NCBI RefSeq assembly: GCF_006345805.1
Contig: NC_043005.1
Coordinates: 11,532,001 to 11,596,000, forward strand
Length of the DNA stretch: 64,000 bases
From: Octopus sinensis
Taxonomy: Eukaryota
Reading direction: 5' to 3'
Part shown: piece after piece, positions 12,951-24,516 of the stretch
Numbering within the stretch: position 1 is the stretch's first letter
Layout: each line of letters starts with the position of its first letter
Position numbers and translations under genes: made by a program
Notes under the pieces: generated by a model
Seen by the model: the letters and a program-made list of their open reading frames with translations, nothing else
Database searches by the model: none
What the model was told of the DNA's origin: nothing

Positions 12951-13602
12951 TACACACACAACACGCAACATTAGTTTAACGCTGTCTCTCGGTTTGACTT
13001 TCGTACAGATCTTTCTCTTACAAAACTTGGAGTGAAACCCTGACTTCCTTCAACTCCTACTTCATTAGTTTGGGAGTACCTGCAAGTATCATGGACTCTA
13101 CCCCTCCTACAGCAAAAATTATTAGAATGAAACGCTTATTTCTTACTCGTCTCTGTATCTAAATTTATTTATCATGTGTTAACTTTCATTCCTCTCTTTC
13201 CCTCCCTCCATGCTCTAACAGCATTTTATCTAGTTTTATTCTCTCTTACCATCTTCCTCTTTCACTCCACTATCTCACTCTTGCTTCCGCTCTCCCTCAC
13301 CTATCTCTCTCCTCAACTTTTCTTCATCATACCTCTGTCTAATTTCATCATAATCTCTGGAGAAACACCCGTCTAAATGAGATTTCCACAAGCAACTACC
13401 ACCACTTCCTACCCCACTACTACTAATGCCACCATCACCACCACCATCACTACTACTACTACTACTACTAACCACAACAGCAACAACGACGACGACAAGT
13501 ACAAGCCAACGAGTGAGCTTCTTAGTTGTCGCTCGTGCTGCAAGAAATAGCAGCTAAATCTTCCTCAACTCATATCGCACCGCCTTTAAAAGTGCCATTT
13601 AT

Positions 13603-13787
13603 AGTCTTACAGCTGTTTCTGGGATATCCAAGATTATGGAATATTCCGCCATCGGAGACAAATAGGGAAAATAAGAATGTCCTCTGTGTCGTCATTTAAT
13701 TAACCTATACCCTTCTTATCTTCCATATTTGTCTCCAATGACAGAATATCCCATACACTGGGATATCTCAGAAACAGTTGTAAGACT
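13603..13787. mobile_element. Short palindromic MITE-like fold-back
   Basis: About 75-bp imperfect inverted arms at 13603-13678 / 13713-13787. Confidence 0.55.
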
Positions 13788-13864
13788 TGGAATTTTTCCA
13801 ATAATAATAACGTATATGAGTTGAGATTTTTGTCTTGTCTTAACGTTTGTTGTTCTCTTTAACA

Positions 13865-14178
13865 ATCATCATCATCATTTAGCGTCCGCTTTCCATGCTA
13901 GCATGGGTTGGACGGTTCAACTGGGGTCTGTGAAGCCAGAAGGCTGCATCAGGCCCAGTCTGATCTGGCAGTGTTTCTACGGCTGGATGCCCTTCCTAAC
14001 GCCAACCACTCCGTGAGTGTAGTGGGTGCTTTTTACGTGCCACCCGCACAGGTGCCAGACGGAGCTGGCAAACGGCCACGGACGGATGGTGCTTTTTACG
14101 TGCCATCGGCACGGGAGCCAGGCGAGGCTGGCAACGGCCACGATCGGATGGTGCTTTTTACGTGTCACCGGCACGGGA
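13865..14178 (-). mobile_element. SINE-like or RTE-dependent repeat with (TGA)n tail and internal ~60-bp tandem units
   Basis: Minus strand gagtggttggcgttaggaagggcatccagccgtagaaac, tail gatgatgatgat, and three ggtgctttttacgtg units. Confidence 0.65.
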
Positions 14179-14568
14179 TGCATATATATATGTATATGTA
14201 TATGTATATAAATGTATATATATATGTGTGTGTATAATAATAATATTGAAAGGTTAAATTAATTAATTAATTATTTAATTAATTAATTAATAATTAATAA
14301 TTTTACCAAATAGTTCTGTACGTTAAAATAACCTTTTTAGGTTATTAAAAAGTGTGTTACTGTCTGGTAGATCTTTATGGTTGTAGAAAAGGCATTTAAC
14401 TCCTATTTCTAAATTCGGTGCGTGGCGAAGCAAATAGCTGACCCCTGATTATAATGATATTTTATGTATATAATTATGTTTCTAATTATAGTATATTGGT
14501 ATATATATGTATATATGTATATATATATGTGTGTGTGTATATATGTATATACATGTATGTGTATATAT

Positions 14569-14599
<31 letters not shown>

Positions 14600-14668
14600 A
14601 TATATGTATATATACATGTATGTACATATGTGTATATAGATATATGTATTTATGTATATATATTTATT

Positions 14669-14732
<64 letters not shown>

Positions 14733-14916
14733 TAGGGAGAGAGAGAGAGAGTGTGGCTGTATAAAGTCAACAAAACGTGACAGTCCCGTAGAGGGAATTA
14801 CACCACCGCTATATAGCCCCAGGAAGCATCGACGCTTCCTGTCGGCTTTGACACATTTTCTGTGTCCTTATATTCGCAAAGGGGAGGCAAGCACCCCCAC
14901 CAGCTAGGAACAGCAA

Positions 14917-14962
14917 CCTGATTACATGCATGTTTCTGGGTATTGCCCTTCATCAGTTCAGG
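14917..14962 (-). ncRNA. Minimal type I hammerhead motif (left arm)
   Basis: cctgaa CTGATGA agggcaataccca GAAAC atgcat GTA atcagg. The core-proximal stem I pair is mismatched in this copy. Confidence 0.7.
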
Positions 14963-16189
14963 GTAGCGTGTCCTTTTCTCTTTATTATAGGCACAATGGC
15001 CTGATTACATAGAGGGGACAAAACAAGACAAAACGGGAACATAAAACAAATGATGTATGATTGATGGAGTGATTAATAATTAATGAGAATGAAGATGTTC
15101 GACTCGCTTCCGCTGTGAGAAGAACAGTGAATTTCTTCACATTAATTCTCAATACCATCTGGTCTCACTGTGAGGCGAAACCGCGATGGTCTTCTTATCA
15201 ATATCGTAAAATTTATCATTAATTGTTCACATTAGTCTTAGTATTTTCTTTTTCTATTTTATCTTTTTTTTTCCAGTCGTTACTTTTTCCTTTTTTGTTT
15301 TACATATTAAATTTCACAGACAAATAACACAAGTTCAATTCTCAGTTCATTTGCAGTTCAATTCATATTTTAAAAAAGAAAACAATTAGTTGCGTTACAC
15401 TCGTAATTATACTTACCGTCTACGTTTTTTTTTTCCACATTTATTATTGTTACATTAGAGAGAATATAACAGACCAGGACGGTAACACTGAGAGAATATA
15501 TATGGAAGATATGTTGAGAGCGATGAACCCGCAAAGCGAAGAAGAAGTGTGGCAGTGGTTTAGGCTCAATGAAAAGGAACAGATGGAAGAGAAGTATTTG
15601 CAGTCGGGAGAAAATTCAGATACACAAACAGAGATGAACGAAGTAGTAGACTCCAGAAGAGAAACACGAGAAAAGAAAGAGAACGAGAGGAAAAAGAAAT
15701 GTAACAATAATAAATGTGGAAAAAAACGTAGACGGTAAGTATAATTACGAGTGTAACGCAACTAATAGTTTAAAAAAAAAATGAATTGAACTGTAAATGA
15801 ACTGAGAATTGAACTTGTGTTATTTGTCTGTGAAATTTAATATGTAAAAAAAAAAAGAAAAGGAAAAAGTAACGACAGGAAAGAAAAAGATAAAATAGAA
15901 AAAGAAAATACAAAGACTAGTGTGACCAATTAATAATAAATTTTACGATATTGATAAGAAGACCATCGCGGTTTCGCCTCACAGTGAGACCAGATGGTAT
16001 TGAGAATTAATGTGAAGAAATTCACTGTTCGTCTCACAGCGGGAGTGAGTCGAACATCTTCATTCTCATTAATTATTAATCACTCCATCAATCATACATC
16101 ATTTGTTTTATGTTCCCGTTTTGTCTTGTTTTGTCCCCTCTATGTAATCAGGCCATTGTGTCTATAATAAAGAGAAAAGGACACGCTAC

Positions 16190-16235
16190 CCTGAACTGAT
16201 GAAGGGCAATACCCAGAAACATGCATGTATTCAGG
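16190..16235 (+). ncRNA. Minimal type I hammerhead motif (right arm)
   Basis: cctgaa CTGATGA a-ggg-caata-ccc-a GAAAC atgcat GTA ttcagg. Perfect 6-bp stem I and palindromic stem III ACATGCATGT. Confidence 0.8.
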
Positions 16236-16475
16236 TTGCTGTTCCTAGCTGGTGGGGGTGCTTGCCTCCCCTTTGCGAATATAAGGACACAGAAAATGTG
16301 TCAAAGCCGACAGGAAGCATCGATGTTTCCTAGGGCTATATAGCGGTGGTGTAGTTCCCTCTACGGGACTGTCGCGTTTTGTTGACTTTATACAACCACT
16401 TTATCGCTCGACCACCGCTCATCTCTCCTTGAGACAGTTAGAAATTCATTATTTCTAATATATATATATATATAT

Positions 16476-17494
16476 ATAATTAATTAATTTTGCCCTCAAT
16501 TGTTGAAATTATAATTAATCTCCCTCTGATTAATGCTTCGGACTTTACCGAAATAAGCATAGAGTTTGATGATTTTAACCCACGCTGGTGGAAAGGGGAG
16601 AACAGAGATTCTTCGCTTGCTTATTTTGAATTTGTTGACACTGTTAGTTGGGAGCAGATCTTCGAGAGGGTATGTTCTTATTTTCAGTGTTTCCAAATCC
16701 AAACCAAGGAATTTCCGAGCCGATGATAGAAATGTTGTTTTGACTAATCTTGAAACGTACGTTCTCGAATAACCTTAGCATTTGATTTTTCGATGTCATT
16801 ACCCCCAACTTTTGTGAGTTAATTATGCAAACACTATATATGAGAGAGATTTTCTTTAAGTATTAGAAATAGCCTTAAAAAAGTTTTTTAGCTGCTATTT
16901 CTAATGAGTTCAGTATGCGGCAAAGTAATTATTTTTTACTAAGCCCTTTTATATAATGTAATAATTTGAATTCGCCTTGAATGGTCCCTTTGCATACTGA
17001 ACACTTGGTGAAATTGATTAATAATTAATTAATTTTGCCCTCAATTGTTGAAATTATAATTAATCTCCCTCTGATTAATGCTTCGGACTTTACCGAAATA
17101 AGCATAGAGTTTGATGATTTTAACCCACGCTGGTGGAAAGGGGAGAACAGAGATTCTTCGCTTGCTTATTTTGAATTTGTTGACACTGTTAGTTGGGAGC
17201 AGATCTTCGAGAGGGTATGTTCTTATTTTCAGTGTTTCCAAATCCAAACCAAGGAATTTCCGAGCCGATGATAGAAATGTTGTTTTGACTAATCTTGAAA
17301 CGTACGTTCTCGAATAACCTTAGCATTTGATTTTTCGATGTCATTACCCCCAACTTTTGTGAGTTAAATTATGCAAACACTATATATGAGAGAGATTTTC
17401 TTTAAGTATTAGAAATAGCCTTAAAAAAGTTTTTTAGCTGCTATTTCTAATGAGTTCAGTATGCGGCAAAGTAATTTATTTTACTAAGCCCTTT

Positions 17495-17502
<8 letters not shown>
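16476..17502. repeat. 545-bp partial tandem duplication embedded in (TA)n
   Basis: Unit 1 spans 16476-17020 and unit 2 spans 17021-17502. Identical ORFs are offset by 545 in the ORF track. Confidence 0.9.
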
Positions 17503-17567
<65 letters not shown>

Positions 17568-17674
17568 TGTATATATGTATGTATGTATATATGTGTATAT
17601 ATATGTGTATATATGTATATATATATATTTGTATGTATGTATGCATATATATATAATATATGTATATATATATA

Positions 17675-17718
<44 letters not shown>

Positions 17719-17723
17719 TAACT

Positions 17724-17930
17724 AGATAACTTAGATATGTTTCCCCCAAAGATTGGTCAAGGCCATGTCTAACTTAATAGCACCACCTGATAGGATATTC
17801 GAATCCTGTTTAAGTCAAGTTTTGTTCAAGTAGTGACTTCTTGTTGGGTGAGTTGTATCCAATTATGGGTGGCTTATCTGGTATTCTTTGAAGAAATCTA
17901 TCCAGACTCCGTTTAAAGTTGATGGGATCC
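17724..17930 (-). mobile_element. CR1-clade LINE 3' end
   Basis: Minus strand DPINFKRSLDRFLQRIPDKPPIIGY, followed by a short 3' UTR. Confidence 0.7.
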
Positions 17931-18706
17931 TTTATATACATAGCGGTATATTTATATACTATAATTGATATCTGTAACGGAATGCGAGAAGATCCATTGC
18001 GGTTGGGCAGCCAAATGCACTCAGAACATCCAATGCTGACTTTGCTGACTTCTAGGTAACTGAAATGGGGAATCGTACCTATGAACTAACAATTTATACT
18101 TGTGTTCAACTAGATTTTGCACTGCATACGCTCTTTATATGTAGATGAATTATACATCTAACTGGAGCTATAACTCATACAATAGTACGCGTACATCTAA
18201 TTGCACACTCACAATTAACGTATGTTGCGTGGTGCGGTACCTTCTCGAGAACGTAATGCATTCGAAGAATGTAATACACTCTTTGGGTGTGTTACGGTCT
18301 CCTGAAGGTACTACGAAAAGGAAATCGTTTGCATAGACCTCCCATAAATGATTTTTCTAATCTCATCAATCCCTAATTCTTTACAAAACTTCCTTGTCGC
18401 CAACAGATTTAATAAATGAATCAATGTTGTCATGCTAGCAAACAGTTTCGACTTCCGCTTTAAGGACAGTGGCCTAAAATCCATTGAGAAGAATTACGTT
18501 ATTTTAAAGGCTTTTAAGTTCTTATATATAGCTATTCCTAAATAACAACTGCGATATTCATCATATCGAAAGTACAATTCTTGAAATTCTTTGAGATAAA
18601 ATTTGAGGTGGAAAGAAAGCGAAAATTATCTGTTATGAATATATATCCCTAGGAATATTACTAATATAATAACCATTACTATCTCCACCAACAATACAAA
18701 ATATCC

Positions 18707-18711
18707 TCATC

Positions 18712-18742
<31 letters not shown>

Positions 18743-18763
18743 CCATCATCATCATCGTCATCG

Positions 18764-18796
<33 letters not shown>

Positions 18797-18899
18797 CCAC
18801 CACCGCCACCACCGCCATCATCATCATCATCATCATCATCATCGTCATCGTCATCGTCATCGTCATCATCATCACCACCACCAACACCACCAACTCCGC

Positions 18900-18939
<40 letters not shown>

Positions 18940-18983
18940 GTCATCATCATCATCATCACCACCACCAACACCACCAACTCCGC

Positions 18984-19017
<34 letters not shown>

Positions 19018-19244
19018 GTCATCGTCATCGTCATCGTCATCATCATCATCATCACCACCACCAACACCACCAACTCCGCCATCATCATCATCATCATCAT
19101 CATCATCGTCATCGTCATCGTCATCGTCATCATCATCACCACCACCAACACCCAACTCCGCCATCATCATCATCATATCATCATCATCATCATCATCATC
19201 GTCATCATCATCATCATCACCACCAACCACACCACCAACTCCGC

Positions 19245-19278
<34 letters not shown>

Positions 19279-19481
19279 GTCATCGTCATCGTCATCGTGT
19301 AATCATCATCATCATCACCACCAACACCACCAACTCCGCCATAATCATCATCATCATCATCATCATTCATCATCATCGTCATCATCATCATCATCACCAC
19401 CACCAACACCACCAACTCCGCCATCATATCATCATCATCATCATCATCATCATCACCACCACCAACACCAACCAACTCCGC

Positions 19482-19515
<34 letters not shown>

Positions 19516-19721
19516 GTCATCGTCATCGTCATCGTCATCATCATCATCATCACCACCACCAACACCACCAACTCCGCCATCATCATACATCATCATCATC
19601 ATCATCATCATCATCGTCATCATCATCATCATCCACCACCACCAACACCACCAACTCCGCCATCATCATCATCATCATCATCATATCATCATCATCACCA
19701 CCACCAACACCACCACTCCGC

Positions 19722-19752
<31 letters not shown>

Positions 19753-19935
19753 GTCATCGTCATCGTCATCGTCATCATCATCATCATCACCACCACCAAC
19801 ACCACCAACTCCGCCATCATCATCATCATCATCATCATCATCATATATCATCATCGTCATCATCATCATCATCACCACCACCAACACCACCAACTCCGCC
19901 ATCATCATCATCATATCATCATCATTATCATCATC
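18707..19935. repeat. Higher-order (ATC)n minisatellite with a recurring CACCACCAACACCACCAACTCCGCC cassette
   Basis: The cassette recurs about every 60 bp, separated by (ATC)n/(GTCATC)n. Confidence 0.9.
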
Positions 19936-20479
19936 AGTAACACAGCACTAACTTGAAGGCAACCATTACTTTCGCGACTATCATTAATTATAATCACCAC
20001 TCTCACCACCGCCTCCACCACCACCACCTCCACCACCACCATCACCACTCTCACCACCACCTCCACCACCACCGCCTCCACCACCACTACCACAGCCATC
20101 GACACCGCCGCCGTTGCCCTCACGGAAAGCAACTACAACAGCAACAGCAGCAACAATATCAACCATCACTACCAAAACCACGTCCACCTTGATTAACAAC
20201 AGCCACAACAAACATGGTGATGAGGATGGCACGACGGCCACGACGGCCATGACGGCAACAACAACAACAACAACGACAACGACAACTGTAGCCATAGCAA
20301 CAACGGTATTATTACCATCATTATAATATCAGAACTAATACCAACATTATCAGCACCATCCTCACTATGGTTATCGTCATCACCAGGAGCACTACCGTAA
20401 AGAAAAGAGAAAAAAAACAGACAAGTTAAACATCGTCATCAGCATCAGTAACATCATCAACAAAAGGAAGATCACCATT

Positions 20480-20540
20480 ATCCTCCTCCTCCTCCTCCTC
20501 ATCATCATCATCGTCGTCATCACCATCATTATCATCATCG

Positions 20541-20572
<32 letters not shown>

Positions 20573-20612
20573 GTCGTCGTCGTCATTATTATCATCATCC
20601 TCATCATCATCG

Positions 20613-20644
<32 letters not shown>

Positions 20645-20684
20645 GTCGTCGTCGTCATTATTATCATCATCCTCATCATCATCG

Positions 20685-20716
<32 letters not shown>

Positions 20717-20758
20717 GTCGTCGTCGTCGTCATTATATCATCATCCTCATCATCATCG

Positions 20759-20790
<32 letters not shown>

Positions 20791-21180
20791 GTCGTCACCA
20801 TCATTATCATCATCATCATCATCGTCGTCATCACCATCATCATCGTCATCATCATCATCATCGTCATCATCATCATCATCGTCGTCATCATCATTATTAT
20901 CATCATCTTCATCATCATCGTCATCATCATCATCATCGTCGTTATCATCATCATCATCATCATCATCCTCATCATCATCCTCATCCTCATCATAATCCTC
21001 ATTGCCATCGTCCTCCTCCTCATCATCATCATCGTGACCACCATCACCATCATCATAATCATGAATCATCAGCATCATCATCATCATCCCAACACCCCCC
21101 TCCTCAACGCCATCAACAACATCAACAACAACAACAGCAACGACAACAACAACAACAACAACTGCAACAATAATCTCATC
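20480..21180. repeat. (ATC/GTC/AAC)n trinucleotide low-complexity tract
   Basis: Direct reading of the sequence. Confidence 0.9.
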
Positions 21181-22027
21181 AACAAGAAGAGACAGATAGC
21201 AGAACAATTTAATGTGTGCCGACGAGATAAGAACCAGTCTTCAAAAGACAGCGGCATTGATGTTAGTGCCAAAACAGACCAATATACCATAGAATATAAG
21301 CATTAGGGGCATTATCATTTCGTTGATTGAAGTAGATACAGCCATTATTGGTCTTTTATTTTCACTGATAATAACTACCAGTGTGTTTATCTATTTGTCC
21401 GCCAGTTTATCCTTCAGTTTGTTTGTTCCTTTTTTTCGCTTCCTTCTTTGTCAATCACCCTTTTCTTCCATTTTTTTCACAGACTCTTCGAGTATATATA
21501 TATGTTTAGATATATATATACATATGCATACACACACATATATATGTGGTTTCGCAAAATTAAAAATAGCTATTTAACTGCTGTACGTATTCACTTCTGT
21601 AATAGATAATGTTTAATTTGATTTTAATATTTCTTTAACGTTTGTTATAACCTACACGAAAATAGACAAATAAATATACATATACAAGCATACCTGCACA
21701 CGTGTACGTGTGTATGTGTATATATATAAATACCCATACGTATATACATACAAACACACACGCATACACACGCACACATATGGACGCATATATTCGTGTA
21801 TACCTATGTGCATATCAACATAGATAAGTGTATAAAATTTTAAGATATTATGTGTGTGTGTATATATACATATTTATATACATATCTGTATATATATATT
21901 TACATACACATATATATATACATATACATATGTATATATATATATATAATATTTATATACATATATATAGATATTTATATACATATATATATATATAGAT
22001 ATTTATATACATATACGTATTTATATT

Positions 22028-22062
<35 letters not shown>

Positions 22063-22409
22063 TATATACATATTTATATATATATGTATATAAATATGCA
22101 TATATTTACATACATATATATATATACATATTTTATACATACATATATATATATATATATGTATGCATGCGTATATATATATATTGTGTGTATATATAAA
22201 ATATATATATACATATGTATATAAATATGTATATATATATATATATATATACATATGTATATATATATGTATGTATTTATATATATATATATATGTGTGT
22301 GTGTATTTCATAAATTATATCTTATATATATCCTGTGATATATTGTATACTATATATATATGTCTGTTTGTGTATGTATGTATCTTTGTAAGTATATATG
22401 TTTTTTTTT

Positions 22410-22830
22410 ATGTACCTATTGCTGAAGCGGAGAAGGCTGCAGCTGCCAGGTCCTTCTCCCTGGGATTGGGATGTTAAAGTCGACTTGTGTAAAAAGTGGA
22501 AATCCCCAGAAAATGTCGCCTCAACATCCCTAAGGCTGGATATGATACTGATATTGAAAATACACGAGTAGGTTATTCCCTTAGAATTCTCTCTTTTCTG
22601 GGAGGACCGATTTGAAGAGACAAATGAAAGTATGAGTTGGAAATATGTTGATCTGGTGGTGTTATCGCAAAGCAATCGGCGAGCAGGCAAGGTTTGATCC
22701 ATCAAATAGGAAGCAGAGTGTTTGCAGGTCAATCCCTTCGCAGCTCTTACAACATGGTGGGTATCACAGGGTTCGGTAGGCAGAAGAGAATCAAGTGTCT
22801 GTGGAGATAGCAGAGGTTGTTTCATAATGG
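22410..22830 (-). pseudogene. Possible LINE AP-endonuclease fragment
   Basis: ORF 22322-22825 contains ATFSGDFH, resembling GDFN; otherwise heavily decayed. Confidence 0.3.
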
Positions 22831-23167
22831 CTCTGGATCCCGATTATAAGGAGTGAGGCCTAGAAAAGGCATTACTACCAGGTGTATAGTGCTAATTAAA
22901 CAGAAGATGGTGAGGGGTCAACGTTGATTGAAAAATCCCAAACACCTACTGACCGCAGGAAACATTATTGGTGATGTGTCCAGGTAAATCAAAGTAAGAT
23001 GTTCGGAATAACTGTGTATGGAAGTATGTGCATGTATGTGTGGGCTGGTGAAAGTGCGTCTGTGTGTGTTTGTGTGCGTGCATTGCTTATGTGAAATTGT
23101 ATATAAAAGCATCATTGGCGAAGGTTTCGCTTGTGTGGTCCTAAGTAGGCAGCAGAAAATCACTGAA

Positions 23168-23282
23168 TGGGTCAGAACGCGGTTCATTTTCGACTTGATC
23201 TTCTAATCTTTTCCCGACAACTACCAGAAAAATGCAGAGAATAAAAGGACGACTACTCTACATCGCTTTCGTCGACCTTACA
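23168..23282 (+). pseudogene. RTE-clade RT fragment
   Basis: RQLPEKCRE..LYIAFVDLT resembles RQLQEKCRE..LYIAFVDLTKAFD. Confidence 0.65.
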
Positions 23283-24409
23283 ACTCCGAGCGTTGCTTCA
23301 GAGGTTACACAGGATTGTTCAGTTTTCCATGCATGCATTTTGCCTAAGTATTCGCATTGCAATGAAATGTGCTCACACCCACTCTGCTTGACATCATCGC
23401 CGACATCAACTGGTGGTGTTTACGTCCATACAAGAACAAACAATACCAAGAAAAGAAACAACAATAGCAACTACTTCCCGTAATATAAAGGAAGCATGAT
23501 AAATTACTGTGACGTGTAAAATGTTGTGGACATAGCCTTGGCCTCCATCTGGTTGTCTCATATAGTAACAGCCACCCTGAACTATCTTTCACTTCACACG
23601 TACTCAATTATGCATCATATGTCATGCAAATTCTTTTAATTTTGAGACGTACGTGGGTGCTACATTCTTCTTTTCCTCACGTGGATGCCTCAGCAAATAA
23701 TCGTCGGTTTATCTGAGGGTTTCATAAACCTAGGACTAGAAATATTGCGCATGTACTTTAGCAAGTACAAATCTTTCCCCGCCAGAGATATGTTATTGCA
23801 TGTTCTTTTGGGAGGGATTTGAAGGAAATGTTGTTGATGTTACTTTCTTTGTCAGTGCAGTTGTTATCGCCATGGCAACTGCTGTTTATGCAATTATTGT
23901 TGTTGGTTTTAATATTGTTATTCGTGTAGTTGTATTTCATGTTGTTAGTGTTGGCGTTGTTGTTGTTGATACAGTTGTTGCTATTTTGGCTACAACGAAT
24001 ACAAACGAACACTGACTCCCCTTAGTCCTTTGCTACTAAATTTGCCAGTGAAATACTACTGATGAGGACATCAACACTCAGTGAAGAACGGCAAAGCAAA
24101 CACATTTTCTTTTACACTCCTCTTTTCTTACCTTTCTTTAAAGAAAAAAAAGATGCTATTCATTTTTAAGGCTTTCTAAGAGAAGGAAATTTAGTAGAAG
24201 ATATTTTTGAAGTGAGACGTTGTGCCTGCACCGTGAATAATTTGAGTGGGAGGCTTTCTCTATGAAAGCTCAGATTTATTTGAAACACAACGAAAAAGGA
24301 TTTCACTGACAGGTAACGACAGATCTAAATAGAATTTAGGAAAACAAAAAGAAGACTCATCAGTAATACTGATATTTCAGCGTGGGTTCCTCATTTTCAG
24401 GGTGATGGC

Positions 24410-24499
<90 letters not shown>

Positions 24500-24516
24500 A
24501 AGAAGAAGAAGAAGAA

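Larger units (their letters stand above)
14753..16399. mobile_element. 1.65-kb fold-back element (inverted PLE pLTR-like arms), one hammerhead per arm
   Basis: Arms 14753-15456 and 15698-16399 are near-identical reverse complements around a ~240-bp spacer. A related terminus lies at about 32630-32823. Confidence 0.8.

Noticed and set aside
18870-19900. CRISPR-like repeat-spacer appearance
   Set aside because: The spacers are simple (ATC)n rather than unique sequence, the context is eukaryotic, and there are no cas genes.
18633-21207. Poly-Asp/poly-Met/poly-His ORFs as a real gene
   Set aside because: (ATC)n is open in several frames by construction. There are frameshifts and no unique domain.
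24059-24070. CTGATGAGGAC hammerhead-like core
   Set aside because: There is no correctly placed stem II-GAAA-stem III partner and no stem I.
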